Counted from the first letter of the stretch, positions 35,596 through 44,949 are shown. The stretch is 64,000 nucleotides of DNA from Actinomycetes bacterium (GCA_021822565.1 JAKAQM010000001.1:9342-73341), one strand, 5' to 3'. Numbers and translations: made by a program. The notes: generated from the letters alone by a model not told the origin.

Positions 35596-35660
35596 CGTTG
35601 CTGCACATGAGTCGAAAGACGGCGCATGACGCGTCACCGGACCTTCCGGGGGGAAGCACG

Positions 35661-37595
35661 TTGATGAGAGCTACGAGGCGTCGTGCCCCAGCTGATCCGG
35701 CCTTGCCGGCCCGGAGGCTGCTGCGGCACTGGGGAACCGCGATCGCAGGCGCCGCGCTGGTGGCAACGGCCTGCGGGGCAGGGCTCCTGGGCGAGCCGGT
35801 CGCTTCTGCGAGCGCGAAGGCGCACCACAGCGCCAGGGCGGCCGCATCCCCTCGAGCGGCCAAGAGCGCGAAGGCGGTGTCCGGCGGCGTGCCCGCCTAC
35901 GCCCTGGCGGTCGGGGAGATCTTCACATGGATCCTCCCCCTCGAGCCGACGACCGCCTACGAGGACTGGGACTCGAACATCGAGGGCGACATGTGGCTCC
36001 CGCTCTACTGGGCGGGGAAGGGCTCGAAGACCGGGATCGACGGCACCCAGTCGATCGGCAAGCCCCCCGTCTACTCGAACCACGACACGACCGTCACGGT
36101 GACGATGAAGACCAACTTCACGTGGTCGACAGGGGCGACCGTCACATCGAACGACGTCAAGTTCTTCTTCCAGCTGGTGGACGCCGGGAAGAAGACACTC
36201 GGCAACTACCTGCCCGGGCTCTTGCCGACAGACATCGCGAGCGTCACGTACCCGAACCCCACCACCTTCGTCCTGCACCTGAAGCATGCGTACAGCCCGA
36301 CATGGTTCACCGGGAACCAGCTGACGTGGATCTACCCGCTCCCGGTCCAGGCATGGGACAGGACGTCCGCGACATCCCCTGCGGGATCTGCGGCCTCCAC
36401 GCCAGCCGGGGCGAAGAAGGTCTTCACATTCCTCTTCAAGCAGGCCAAGGACCTCGGGACCTACGCCTCGAACCCGCTGTGGAAGACCGTCGACGGCCCC
36501 TTCGTGATCAGCGCCTACAACCCGGTGACCCACGAGGCGCAGTTCGCGACCAACTCGCACTACACCGGCCCGACAAAGCCTCGCATCGCCGGGTACAAGG
36601 TCTACAGCTTCACAACAGGCACCTCCGAGCTCGACGCGCTGCGCTCGGGCACCCTCACCTTCGGTTACATCCCCTTCGGCGACCTGAAGGAGATCTCCTA
36701 CTTCAAGAGCCACGGCTTCGCGATCAAGGCGTGGCCGGTCTTCTACAACGAGGTCGTCGAGCTCGGCTTCACCTCGAAGACATGGGGCCCGCTCGTCAAG
36801 CAGCTCTACATTCGCCAGGCGCTCCAGCACCTCATCACAGAGGGCCTCTACATCAAGCGCACCATGGACGGCTACGGCCTTCCCGACTACGGGACGGTCG
36901 CCGACTACCCGGGTTCCAAGTACGTGAGCCCGGGGATCAAGAAGGACCCGTACCCCTTCAGCCCGCAGCTGGCGGCGAAGCTGCTCGAGGCGCACGGCTG
37001 GGCGAAGGGCCCCGGCGGCGTCGACGTCTGCAAGCATCCCGGCACCGGCTCCTCGGACTGCGGCAAGGGCATCGCGAAGGGGAAGAAGCTCAGCTTCAAG
37101 TTCATGTACGCCACGGGGACAACAGCCTTCTTCGCCGAGGTGTCCGCGTTCCGTACGGCCGCCAAGTCGGCTGGGATCGCGGTCAGCCTGGACGGTCAGA
37201 CCGAGACAACCATGTTCTCCATCGGCGGCGTGTGCCCGAGCGCACCGCCGTGCAACTGGGGGCTCCTCGCCTACGCGGGCTTCATGTGGGACTACGGGCA
37301 GTACCAGCTCCTGCCCTCGGGGACAAACGAGTGGGGAAAGGGCAACTTCTGGGGCGGCGGCTACTACACACCCAAGGCCCAGAAGCTGCTCACAGCGGTG
37401 GACACCGACACCACCCCCGGCCTGAAGCCCCTCTACGCCGACGAGAACTACCTCTCGAAGAACCTCGCGTCGCTGTGGTGGCCGCTCGAGGACTACGAGG
37501 TCGTCGCGGTGAAGAAGACACTCTCGGGCTGGCAGCATCTGAACCCGTACGCGAACTATGTTCCCCAGACGTGGTACTTCACGAAGTCTGGCTAG
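35661..37595 (+). CDS. ABC transporter substrate-binding protein, family 5
   Basis: Long signal/anchor region, then a family-5 SBP fold (TVTVTMKTNFTWSTGATVTSNDVKFFF). Start is TTG 35661 or ATG 35664, after GGGGGAAG. Confidence 0.8.
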   Translation: MMRATRRRAPADPALPARRLLRHWGTAIAGAALVATACGAGLLGEPVASASAKAHHSARAAASPRAAKSAKAVSGGVPAYALAVGEIFTWILPLEPTTAYEDWDSNIEGDMWLPLYWAGKGSKTGIDGTQSIGKPPVYSNHDTTVTVTMKTNFTWSTGATVTSNDVKFFFQLVDAGKKTLGNYLPGLLPTDIASVTYPNPTTFVLHLKHAYSPTWFTGNQLTWIYPLPVQAWDRTSATSPAGSAASTPAGAKKVFTFLFKQAKDLGTYASNPLWKTVDGPFVISAYNPVTHEAQFATNSHYTGPTKPRIAGYKVYSFTTGTSELDALRSGTLTFGYIPFGDLKEISYFKSHGFAIKAWPVFYNEVVELGFTSKTWGPLVKQLYIRQALQHLITEGLYIKRTMDGYGLPDYGTVADYPGSKYVSPGIKKDPYPFSPQLAAKLLEAHGWAKGPGGVDVCKHPGTGSSDCGKGIAKGKKLSFKFMYATGTTAFFAEVSAFRTAAKSAGIAVSLDGQTETTMFSIGGVCPSAPPCNWGLLAYAGFMWDYGQYQLLPSGTNEWGKGNFWGGGYYTPKAQKLLTAVDTDTTPGLKPLYADENYLSKNLASLWWPLEDYEVVAVKKTLSGWQHLNPYANYVPQTWYFTKSG

Positions 37596-37644
37596 GCGAC
37601 CAGCAGTCAACGGTGGTCGAGCCATGGGGCGGTGGTAGAGAGAA

Positions 37645-38586
37645 GTGATCGGCTACATCATCCGGCGTCTGGGGCAGGCGATCATCGTCATGCTCCTCGT
37701 GAGCATGCTGATCTTCCTCATGCTCCATGCCCTGCCAGGCGGCCTGGTTCGTTCCCAGCTCGGTCCGAAGGCCAGCCGCTTCGCCGTCCATCAGCTCACC
37801 GTCGAGGAGGGCCTGACAAAGCCCCTTCCCGTGCAGTACGGGATCTGGCTGTCCCACGTCGTCCGCGGCAACCTGGGCTTCTCCTACAAGCAGAACACCC
37901 CTGTCGCCACGCTTCTCGGAGAGTACATCCCCCGCGACCTGATCCTGGGCGGCGCAGCCCTGCTCGTCGCCATCCTGGTGGCGATCCCGATCGGGATGGT
38001 CCAAGGGTCGCGGCGCAACTCGGCGGCCGACTACAGCTTCTCCGGGGTGCTCCTCGCCTTCTACTCCATGCCGTACTTCCTGATCGGCGTCATCGCCATC
38101 GTCGTGCTGAACATCTGGCTCGGCGTGCTGCCCTCCACGGCGGCGACATTCGGCCAGAACATCGGGACGGACGTGAAGGTGCTGGTCCTGCCGGTGATCT
38201 CCCTCGCACTGGCCAACATCGCCTACTTCAGCCGGTACCTTCGCAGCGCGGTGATCGACAACCTCCAGGAGGACTACGTGCGCACGGCGCGGGCGAAGGG
38301 GGCTCCGCGGGTGAGGATCCTCCTGCGGCACGTGCTGCGCAACTCGCTGCTCCCGTTCATCTCGGCGGTTGGCATCAGCCTGCCGCTGCTCGTGAGCGGG
38401 GCCCTCGTGATCGAAGTCCTGTTCGACTACCCTGGCATGGGCCTGCTCTTCTGGGACGCGCAGCAGCACCGGACATATCCGGTCCTCCTCGGCATCATCC
38501 TCGTCGTCAGCGCCGCGGTGGTGATCGGCAACCTCCTGGCTGACCTCGCGTACGCGGCCCTCGACCCGAGGATCCGCTATGAGTGA
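37645..38586 (+). CDS. ABC transporter permease (DppB-like)
   Basis: IGYIIRRLGQAIIVMLLVS and DYVRTARAKGAPRVRILLRHVLRN. GTG start. Confidence 0.85.
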   Translation: MIGYIIRRLGQAIIVMLLVSMLIFLMLHALPGGLVRSQLGPKASRFAVHQLTVEEGLTKPLPVQYGIWLSHVVRGNLGFSYKQNTPVATLLGEYIPRDLILGGAALLVAILVAIPIGMVQGSRRNSAADYSFSGVLLAFYSMPYFLIGVIAIVVLNIWLGVLPSTAATFGQNIGTDVKVLVLPVISLALANIAYFSRYLRSAVIDNLQEDYVRTARAKGAPRVRILLRHVLRNSLLPFISAVGISLPLLVSGALVIEVLFDYPGMGLLFWDAQQHRTYPVLLGIILVVSAAVVIGNLLADLAYAALDPRIRYE

Positions 38587-39577
38587 CGACACGAAGATCG
38601 ACGGCCCTGAGGCGATCCCGGCGCAGCTGGCGTCGTCGGCACCTGTCGAGGTGCCCGATCTCGAGGTCGGAGCTCCCGCCCGAGCCATCGAGGCTCCTCA
38701 CGGAGGCGAGAGCGGGACACCGCGCTGGACGCGGTTGCTCGAGAGCCTGCGCACCTTCACCGGGAACCGGCTCGCTCTCGTCGGCGCCATCTTCCTCGTG
38801 GCGGTCATCCTCTTCAGCTTCGTCGGGCCGCTCATCTACAAGACCAACCAGAGCGCCTCGACACTCCTGAACGCCAACCTCCCTCCGTCGAGCCAGTACC
38901 CGCTGGGCACCGGGCCGGAGGGCTACGACATGCTCGGGCGCCTCATGTTCGGAGGTCAGAGCACGCTCGAGGTCGGCCTCATCGTCGCGTTGATCGCGAC
39001 GGCGTTCGGGACCCTCTGGGGCTCCCTCGCCGGCTACTTGGGCGGCGTCATCGACGCGATCATGATGCGCATCGTCGACATGACCCTGTCGATCCCGTTC
39101 CTCTTCTTCGCGGTCCTGATCGCGACGCTGCTGACGCCCTCGCTCCCCCTCATCATCGTCGCGATCACCGCGGTGAGCTGGCCAGGGACGGCCAGGATCG
39201 TCCGAAGCGAAACCTTGTCGATCAAGACGCGCGACTACGTCACCGCTGCGTCGGGGTTCGGCAGCTGGCATCTGCGCCTCGTCGGGAGGCACATCCTGCC
39301 CAATTCGATCGGAGCGATCGTGGTGACAGCGACCCTGAAGGTCGCCACAGCGATCCTTCTGTTCGCGACGCTCGCCTTCCTCGGCCTCTCAGTGCCTCCA
39401 CCCGCGACGAGCTGGGGCGAGACACTCACGCTCGGCATCCACCACCTCTTCGACAGCTACTGGTGGGAGCTGTGGCTGCCCGCCGCGCTCATCACCCTCA
39501 CGGTCATCGCGGTGAGCGCGATCGGCGACGGCTTCTACGACGTCATCTCGAAGCGCCAGTCGGTCTCGTCGAAGTGA
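38579..39577 (+). CDS. ABC transporter permease (DppC-like)
   Basis: PLGTGPEGYDMLGRLM and YVTAASGFGSWHLRLVGRHILPN. 8-nt overlap with the previous gene. No ATPase gene follows. Confidence 0.85.
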   Translation: MSDDTKIDGPEAIPAQLASSAPVEVPDLEVGAPARAIEAPHGGESGTPRWTRLLESLRTFTGNRLALVGAIFLVAVILFSFVGPLIYKTNQSASTLLNANLPPSSQYPLGTGPEGYDMLGRLMFGGQSTLEVGLIVALIATAFGTLWGSLAGYLGGVIDAIMMRIVDMTLSIPFLFFAVLIATLLTPSLPLIIVAITAVSWPGTARIVRSETLSIKTRDYVTAASGFGSWHLRLVGRHILPNSIGAIVVTATLKVATAILLFATLAFLGLSVPPPATSWGETLTLGIHHLFDSYWWELWLPAALITLTVIAVSAIGDGFYDVISKRQSVSSK

Positions 39578-39620
39578 CGGCTGGGGCGCGCGGGGTGCTC
39601 GCCCTCTTGCTCGCAGGACG

Positions 39621-41093
39621 TCAGGAGGGGGGCATGACCGGCGTGAGCACCCGGGTGCGCCGCGCGGGGCGGTCCGAGCGGTCTTCGTAGCGATCCGCTG
39701 ACGCGAGCACCGCGACGATTGCCTTCGAGGCCAGGTAGCGCAGGGGCTCCGGCTCCCAGGACCGGGCGCGATGCCCGACCCAGGGCAGCCTTACGAGATC
39801 CGTGTCGCGACCGAGCACGAGGTCGGCCAGGGTCCGCCCCGAGATGTTCGCTGCGACGACGCCGTGGCCCGAGTAGCCGCCGGCCCATCCGAGACCCGTC
39901 ACGCGATCGTAGGTGACCGCCATGGACCAGTCCCGTGGCACCGCCAGCGGTCCTCCCCAGTGGTGGGTGATCGCGGCGCCCGATGCCGCGGGGAACTGAC
40001 GGCGGACCGTCTCTTCGAGACGCGCCCGGACCCCGGCGTCGCGTTCGGACGTCTCGCCGATCGGTTCGGAAAGCCGGTAGGGCGCCCCTCGGCCGCCGAT
40101 CGCGATGCGCCCGTCGACCGTGCGCTGGGCGTAGAAGAACAGGTGATGGCGGTCTCGGATCAACAGCCCGTCGTGCCATCCGATCTCTTCCCACACGCTG
40201 GCCGGCAATGGCTCGGTCGCGATCATCAGGCTGTAGAGGGGGAGGTAGCGCAATCGCTCGCCTGGCAGCTGCGTCGTATAGGACTCGGTCGCCCTGATGA
40301 CGTGGTCGGCGGCCACGACCCCTCCGCGGCAGCGGACCTCACCGCGTGCGATGCTGAGGGCTTCGGTGCGCTCGTAGATGGTCACACCGAGGCGCTCGCA
40401 GGCATCTGCCAGCCCTCGCGCCAGGCGTGCGGGGTCGACGCGGGCGCCGTGCGGAGAGAAGATGGCCAGTCGGCAGTCGGGCAGGTGCACGAGGTCGTCG
40501 ACGTCGGATCGCTCCAGCTGGCGCAGGTCCTCGGCGCCGATCCCGTGGATGCGCGCGATCTCGAGATCGGAGCGAAGGCGCGCGGCCTGAGGGTCGTTCG
40601 TCGCGATGGACAGCATCCCCGACTTCACGAAGCCGCAGTCGATGGACTCCTGTTCGACGACGTGGCCGATCTCGTCGACCGTCTGGTACGTGGTCCGCTC
40701 CGCGCGCACGACGGCGTCACGACCGGCGCGAGCCGCATAGACGTCCCAGCTCCCGGCGATCTTGGAGGAGACCCATCCACCGTTGCGCCCAGAGGGCCCG
40801 AAGCCCGCGATCTCCCGCTCCACGACCACGACCCTGGCGTCGGGCTGGAGACGCTTCAGGTAGTACGCGGTCCACAGCCCGGTGAAGCCCGCACCGACGA
40901 CCGCCACATCACAGGTGACGTCTCGGGAAAGGGCCGGCCGCGGACGCACGGGCTCGGGGACCATTTCCAGCCACAGGCTGCGGGCTCGGTAGCGTCGTTC
41001 GAGCTGTTCTGCGGGATCTGTGCCGGTGGCCATGAGCATCTGCTGAGAGGCGCCGGCACGGCCCGCCGGCGAACCGTCCGTTCTCGCCGTCAC
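39621..41093 (-). CDS. FAD-dependent oxidoreductase (DAO family), paralog of 32590..33978
   Basis: DVAVVGAGFTGLWTAYYL and GPSGRNGG. The C-terminal block VTGLGWAGGY..LVRLPWV..WEPEPLR is shared with the paralog. Start uncertain (GTG 41093, ATG 41039 or ATG 41033). Confidence 0.8.
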   Translation of the reverse strand: MTARTDGSPAGRAGASQQMLMATGTDPAEQLERRYRARSLWLEMVPEPVRPRPALSRDVTCDVAVVGAGFTGLWTAYYLKRLQPDARVVVVEREIAGFGPSGRNGGWVSSKIAGSWDVYAARAGRDAVVRAERTTYQTVDEIGHVVEQESIDCGFVKSGMLSIATNDPQAARLRSDLEIARIHGIGAEDLRQLERSDVDDLVHLPDCRLAIFSPHGARVDPARLARGLADACERLGVTIYERTEALSIARGEVRCRGGVVAADHVIRATESYTTQLPGERLRYLPLYSLMIATEPLPASVWEEIGWHDGLLIRDRHHLFFYAQRTVDGRIAIGGRGAPYRLSEPIGETSERDAGVRARLEETVRRQFPAASGAAITHHWGGPLAVPRDWSMAVTYDRVTGLGWAGGYSGHGVVAANISGRTLADLVLGRDTDLVRLPWVGHRARSWEPEPLRYLASKAIVAVLASADRYEDRSDRPARRTRVLTPVMPPS

Positions 41094-41165
41094 GCCGCTG
41101 CAACCCCCGAGCGACCAGCATGGTACTCGACGTGAGCGGTCCCCGGCGACCGCCGGCGGGTGCGT

Positions 41166-41429
41166 TCACGTCGGGCTCTGCCCGGGAAGCGTCGCGGACA
41201 CGAGGAACGAGACGCAGTCGTCGATCGTGAGCAGCCGCGGATAGTCGCGTTCGGGGATCTCGATCCCGGTGCGTTCGTGGAGACGGTCGACGAAGGCGAG
41301 AAAATCGAGCGAGTCGAGGCCGAGCGACTCCTGCAGGGTCGCGTCCGAGCTGACGTTGTCCAAGTCCGCGTCGGGTGCCACCTCGTGGAGCAGCGCCCGC
41401 ACGATCTGCCGTGCCTCCTCGCCGGTCAT
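41166..41429 (-). CDS. free-standing acyl/peptidyl carrier protein (phosphopantetheine attachment site)
   Basis: 87 aa with LQESLGLDSLDFLAFVDRL (DSL serine motif). ATG overlaps the stop of the upstream ORF (ATGA 41426-41429). Confidence 0.8.
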   Translation of the reverse strand: MTGEEARQIVRALLHEVAPDADLDNVSSDATLQESLGLDSLDFLAFVDRLHERTGIEIPERDYPRLLTIDDCVSFLVSATLPGQSPT

Positions 41430-43195
41430 CGCTCGGCGGTCCGTGGCGCAGGGCCTCGCGCAGCGTCCGTCTCGAGCGAACGGCGGTCGACCTGTCGGAG
41501 GATCGCCTCGGCCTCGGCCTCCGTGGCGCCGCGGGTGAGGCGCTCGGCTCGGACACTGGGGTCCGGGTCTCCGGGAGCGAGCTCGGCGAAGAGCGGCACG
41601 GACGCGTGGAGTCTCCGGTGCGCCTCGAGGAGCAGCCTCCCCGGCTCCCCCGGGACGGCATCGACGATGACGTCGGCCCCGCTCGCCAACGGGCACGGCG
41701 TGCCACCGAGCTCCGGGCACCCGGCCCATCCGCCCAACGGCGAGGGGCATCCCAGCACCTCTGCACCGGACCGGCGAAGAGCGTCGGACACCTCCCAGCT
41801 TCCCGAAGGCACCTCGACCAGCACCCGGAGCGCTGCGCGCGCCGGAGGCCAGGAAGGCACCCGTCCGACGGTGCCCACCGCCATGAGGATGGACACGGGG
41901 TGGTCGGCCATGTCGATGACGGCATACCCCCGGCGGCGCAGCATCGCGAGCATCGGCGCATTGGCCGCGAGCACGTCGGCTTCCAGGTTCGGGAACCAGT
42001 GGGCAGCGGCATCCTCGGCCAGCACGTCGAGCAGGTAAGGACCGAGCCACCCCCGCGCACCCCGAGTGACCGTGATCCCAAGCTCGGCATTGCCGTTCGT
42101 GAGCGGGGTGTACGTCGCCTCTGCCACCATCGTCTCCGCGGGGCCCGGGCGCTCCTCCTCGCTCGAGGGGGTGCACGAGCGTGAGGCGACCGTCGCCACC
42201 AGCCCCCCGCCGCCTCGGTGTGCGACGTCGGCCATCTGCATGATGAAGGGGTCCGCGGGCGGGCGAGTGCTGAAGAACCTCCGGTAGACGTCGTCCTCGT
42301 CGAGGCTCGCGTAGAGGGCGGCCAGCCGGGGGCCGTCGTCGGCGCGCATCGTGCGCACGGTCATCGTGCGACCGCCTGGTAGCGCGAGCTGTTGGAAGAC
42401 CCCGCCTGGCTTTGCCGATCGGGCCAGCACGACGCAGCCCCGCCCGCCCGGACATCCCCCGGTCCTCGGATGGGCCAGCGCGATCCGCACGAGCGCGGCT
42501 TCGAGGTCACGTAGATCGACGCCGGACAGTGCGGCGACCACTCCGAGCTGCTCGAGCGGGTCCTCCTGCGAGAGCAGCCCGAGGTGCTGCCCAGCCTGCA
42601 TCGCGCGCCGGTCGACGCTCGGACGTGCCCCCGGCCACACGCCTCGCAGCTCTCGAAGGAACAGCGAGACCGTGACGGGCCCCCATCCTGTGAGCTCGTC
42701 GAGGGCGGCCGCCAGGTCGTCGGGCTCCAGGAACCTCCTGCCGATCTCGCCCACCTCCCCGCCGTAACGCTCGGCGACTCGGCGGGCGAGGGCCTGAAGG
42801 CGGCTGGCAGTCCGGCCGTCGTAGCGTGCGTAGCCGGCCGAATCGAGCAGCGCGACGATCTCGCCCCACTCGTGTGCCTCCGCGTCGGTGATCCTGCGGA
42901 TCCCAGAGGCCTCGAGGACGGCGAACGCCCGCTCGGCCACCGCAGCAGCGATGCGCGTCCCGAAGAGCGTCGATGCGACGAACCAGCGCTCGACTTCTGG
43001 GTCTCCGGCGTCGACGTCGATGCCCATCTCCGACGAGTAGCGCCCCCCGGTCGTTTCGACGAGCACGCCTGCCAAGGTCGGCGCCACTGGGAGCCCGCTC
43101 GCCATCGGGGCGAGACCCCGTGCCTGCTCCTCGGACCCTCCCGGCCTCGCGGCCTCCGCTGCGCGCGGGATGCCGGTGCGGGCCTTTCGTGTCAT
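41426..43195 (-). CDS. 589-aa ORF: N-terminal HhH (EndoIII/HhH-GPD-like) domain + Pat-type GNAT acetyltransferase domain + ~150-aa Cys-containing C-terminal domain
   Basis: HhH-like LDELTGWGPVTVSLFLRELRG. GNAT block RTMRADDGPRLAALYASLDEDDVYRRFFS..LGITVTRGARGWLGPYLL resembles Pat-family GNAT domains. No stop codon between the two modules. Internal ATG at 42364. ATG 43195 overlaps the acs stop (ATGA). Confidence 0.65.
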   Translation of the reverse strand: MTRKARTGIPRAAEAARPGGSEEQARGLAPMASGLPVAPTLAGVLVETTGGRYSSEMGIDVDAGDPEVERWFVASTLFGTRIAAAVAERAFAVLEASGIRRITDAEAHEWGEIVALLDSAGYARYDGRTASRLQALARRVAERYGGEVGEIGRRFLEPDDLAAALDELTGWGPVTVSLFLRELRGVWPGARPSVDRRAMQAGQHLGLLSQEDPLEQLGVVAALSGVDLRDLEAALVRIALAHPRTGGCPGGRGCVVLARSAKPGGVFQQLALPGGRTMTVRTMRADDGPRLAALYASLDEDDVYRRFFSTRPPADPFIMQMADVAHRGGGGLVATVASRSCTPSSEEERPGPAETMVAEATYTPLTNGNAELGITVTRGARGWLGPYLLDVLAEDAAAHWFPNLEADVLAANAPMLAMLRRRGYAVIDMADHPVSILMAVGTVGRVPSWPPARAALRVLVEVPSGSWEVSDALRRSGAEVLGCPSPLGGWAGCPELGGTPCPLASGADVIVDAVPGEPGRLLLEAHRRLHASVPLFAELAPGDPDPSVRAERLTRGATEAEAEAILRQVDRRSLETDAARGPAPRTAER

Positions 43196-44949
43196 GGCCC
43201 GTCCTCGGTCGTCGACATGTCGCCTCGAGGACGGCCGAGCTCGCGCGACCTGAGCAGGCGCCGCATGACCTTGCCGCTCGAGGTATGGGGGAGATGCTGG
43301 TCGAAGGCGATCTCGCGTGGGGCCATGGTCGCGCCGAGCCGCTTGCGAGCGAAGCCCAGCAGGTCGAGCCGGAGGTCGTCTCCGGCTTCGTAGCCGGGCC
43401 TGACGGAGACGAACGCCTTCACGATCTCTCCTGCCACTGGGTCGGGGACCCCGATCACCCCAGCCTCGGCCACTCCGGGGTGCTCCATCAGCACCGACTC
43501 CACTTCGAACGGGCCGATGAGGTGACCTGCGGACTCGATGACGTCGTCGGACCTGCCGACGAACCAGAAGTAGCCTTCCGCGTCGCGCCGTGCCAGGTCG
43601 CCGGTCAGGTACCAGCCCCCGGAGAAGCAGGCTTGGTAGCGCTCGTCGCCGCCGAGATAGCCGCGGAACATCGACGGCCAGCTCGGCCGAATCGCGAGCT
43701 CGCCGTCGAGCCCCGCCTCCGCTTCTACGGCGGTGCCGTCGGGGTCGAGGAGGACGTGACCCTGGTCGTCGCGGGCGAGCACGGTGGCGTCGACACCAGG
43801 GTGCGGGCGCCCCATCGAGCCGGGGCGGATGTCCATGCACGCGTAGTTGGCGACCATGATCGCGCCGGTTTCGGTCTGCCACCAGGTGTCGTGCGCGGGG
43901 ACGCCCAGCGCGTCGCTCGACCACACGACGACGTCGGGACCGAGCGGCTCTCCGACGGTGGCGACGAAGCGCAGTCGGCTCAGGTCGTGGTCTCGAGCCA
44001 TCTCGGACCCCGCCGCCATGAGCATGCGGAGCGCGGTGGGCGACGTGTACCAGACGGTGACACCTTCGGACTCAAGCACGCCGTACCAGCGTTCGGCGTC
44101 GAACCCTCCTTCGTGGACGACGGAGGTCACGCCGTGGGCGAGTGGGGCGACGATCCCGTAGCTCGTGCCCGTGACCCAGCCCGGGTCCGCCGTGCACCAG
44201 TACACGTCATCGGGGTGCAGGTCGAGGGCGATCCGGCCGGTGGCGTGGTGGGAGACGATCGCATCGTGCACGTGGAGCGCGCCCTTGGGGGGTCCGGTGG
44301 TGCCACTCGTGAAGTGGAGGAGCGCGAGGTCCTCCGGGTCGGTGTGCCCGATCACGTAGCTGTCGGGCGCCGCCTCGAGCAGGAGCGCCATGTCGAGCGT
44401 CCCCGGGATCTCCGTCGCCGTCTCCCGGCGAGGCGCTGACGCCGGTGTCGAGGTCGTCGCGAGCAGCACGTGGCGGAGCTCGGGGAGCAACGTGCGGATC
44501 GGTGCCACACGATGGCGATAGAGGTCCGGGGTCGTGACGAGCACCCGTGCGCCGCCGAGCGCCAGGCGCTCGCGAATGGGCTCCGGGCCGAACGCCTCGA
44601 ACAGCGGGGACACCACGCAACGGTGCTTGAGCGCGCCGATCACGGACACGTACAGCCACCACGTGCGGGGCATGAGGACGAACACCCGGTCGGAGCGGGT
44701 GACGCCGAGGCGGTCGAGCGCGTTGGCGAACTGACTGGAGCGTCGTGCGAGCTCCCCGTAGGTGAGGTCCGTGCGCGCACCGTGGCGAGGAAGGCAGCGC
44801 AGCGCCACGTGCGAACGGTGCCCACCCGCTGCGTGGCGATCCACCATCTCGTGCGCGATGTTCAGCCCCCGACCATTGGGGAGCCCGTCGAGAGATCTGC
44901 GAGCTTCGTCCCAGCTGAACCGTGCGCGCTCGGTCGCGTAGTCGGTCAT
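43192..44949 (-). CDS. AMP-forming acyl-CoA/acetyl-CoA synthetase (AcsA-like adenylate-forming enzyme)
   Basis: LHFTSGTTGPPKG (A3), YWCTADPGWVTG, WQTETG, YLTGDLARRDAEGYFWFVGRSDD (A8), and the A10 lysine in TSSGKVMRR. Confidence 0.85.
   Translation of the reverse strand: MTDYATERARFSWDEARRSLDGLPNGRGLNIAHEMVDRHAAGGHRSHVALRCLPRHGARTDLTYGELARRSSQFANALDRLGVTRSDRVFVLMPRTWWLYVSVIGALKHRCVVSPLFEAFGPEPIRERLALGGARVLVTTPDLYRHRVAPIRTLLPELRHVLLATTSTPASAPRRETATEIPGTLDMALLLEAAPDSYVIGHTDPEDLALLHFTSGTTGPPKGALHVHDAIVSHHATGRIALDLHPDDVYWCTADPGWVTGTSYGIVAPLAHGVTSVVHEGGFDAERWYGVLESEGVTVWYTSPTALRMLMAAGSEMARDHDLSRLRFVATVGEPLGPDVVVWSSDALGVPAHDTWWQTETGAIMVANYACMDIRPGSMGRPHPGVDATVLARDDQGHVLLDPDGTAVEAEAGLDGELAIRPSWPSMFRGYLGGDERYQACFSGGWYLTGDLARRDAEGYFWFVGRSDDVIESAGHLIGPFEVESVLMEHPGVAEAGVIGVPDPVAGEIVKAFVSVRPGYEAGDDLRLDLLGFARKRLGATMAPREIAFDQHLPHTSSGKVMRRLLRSRELGRPRGDMSTTEDGP

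Noticed and set aside
35634-37625. 663-aa ORF on the minus strand, plus a 573-aa alternative plus-strand frame (35927..37648)
   Set aside because: Both overlap the family-5 substrate-binding protein gene. They have no recognisable domains, and the SBP frame carries the family motifs.
40909-42455. 393-aa and 429-aa alternative-frame ORFs over the GNAT/ACP region
   Set aside because: Only the last 87 codons of 41166..42455 (the ACP) look real. Upstream of ATG 41429 the GNAT frame (41426..43195) carries the recognisable motifs.
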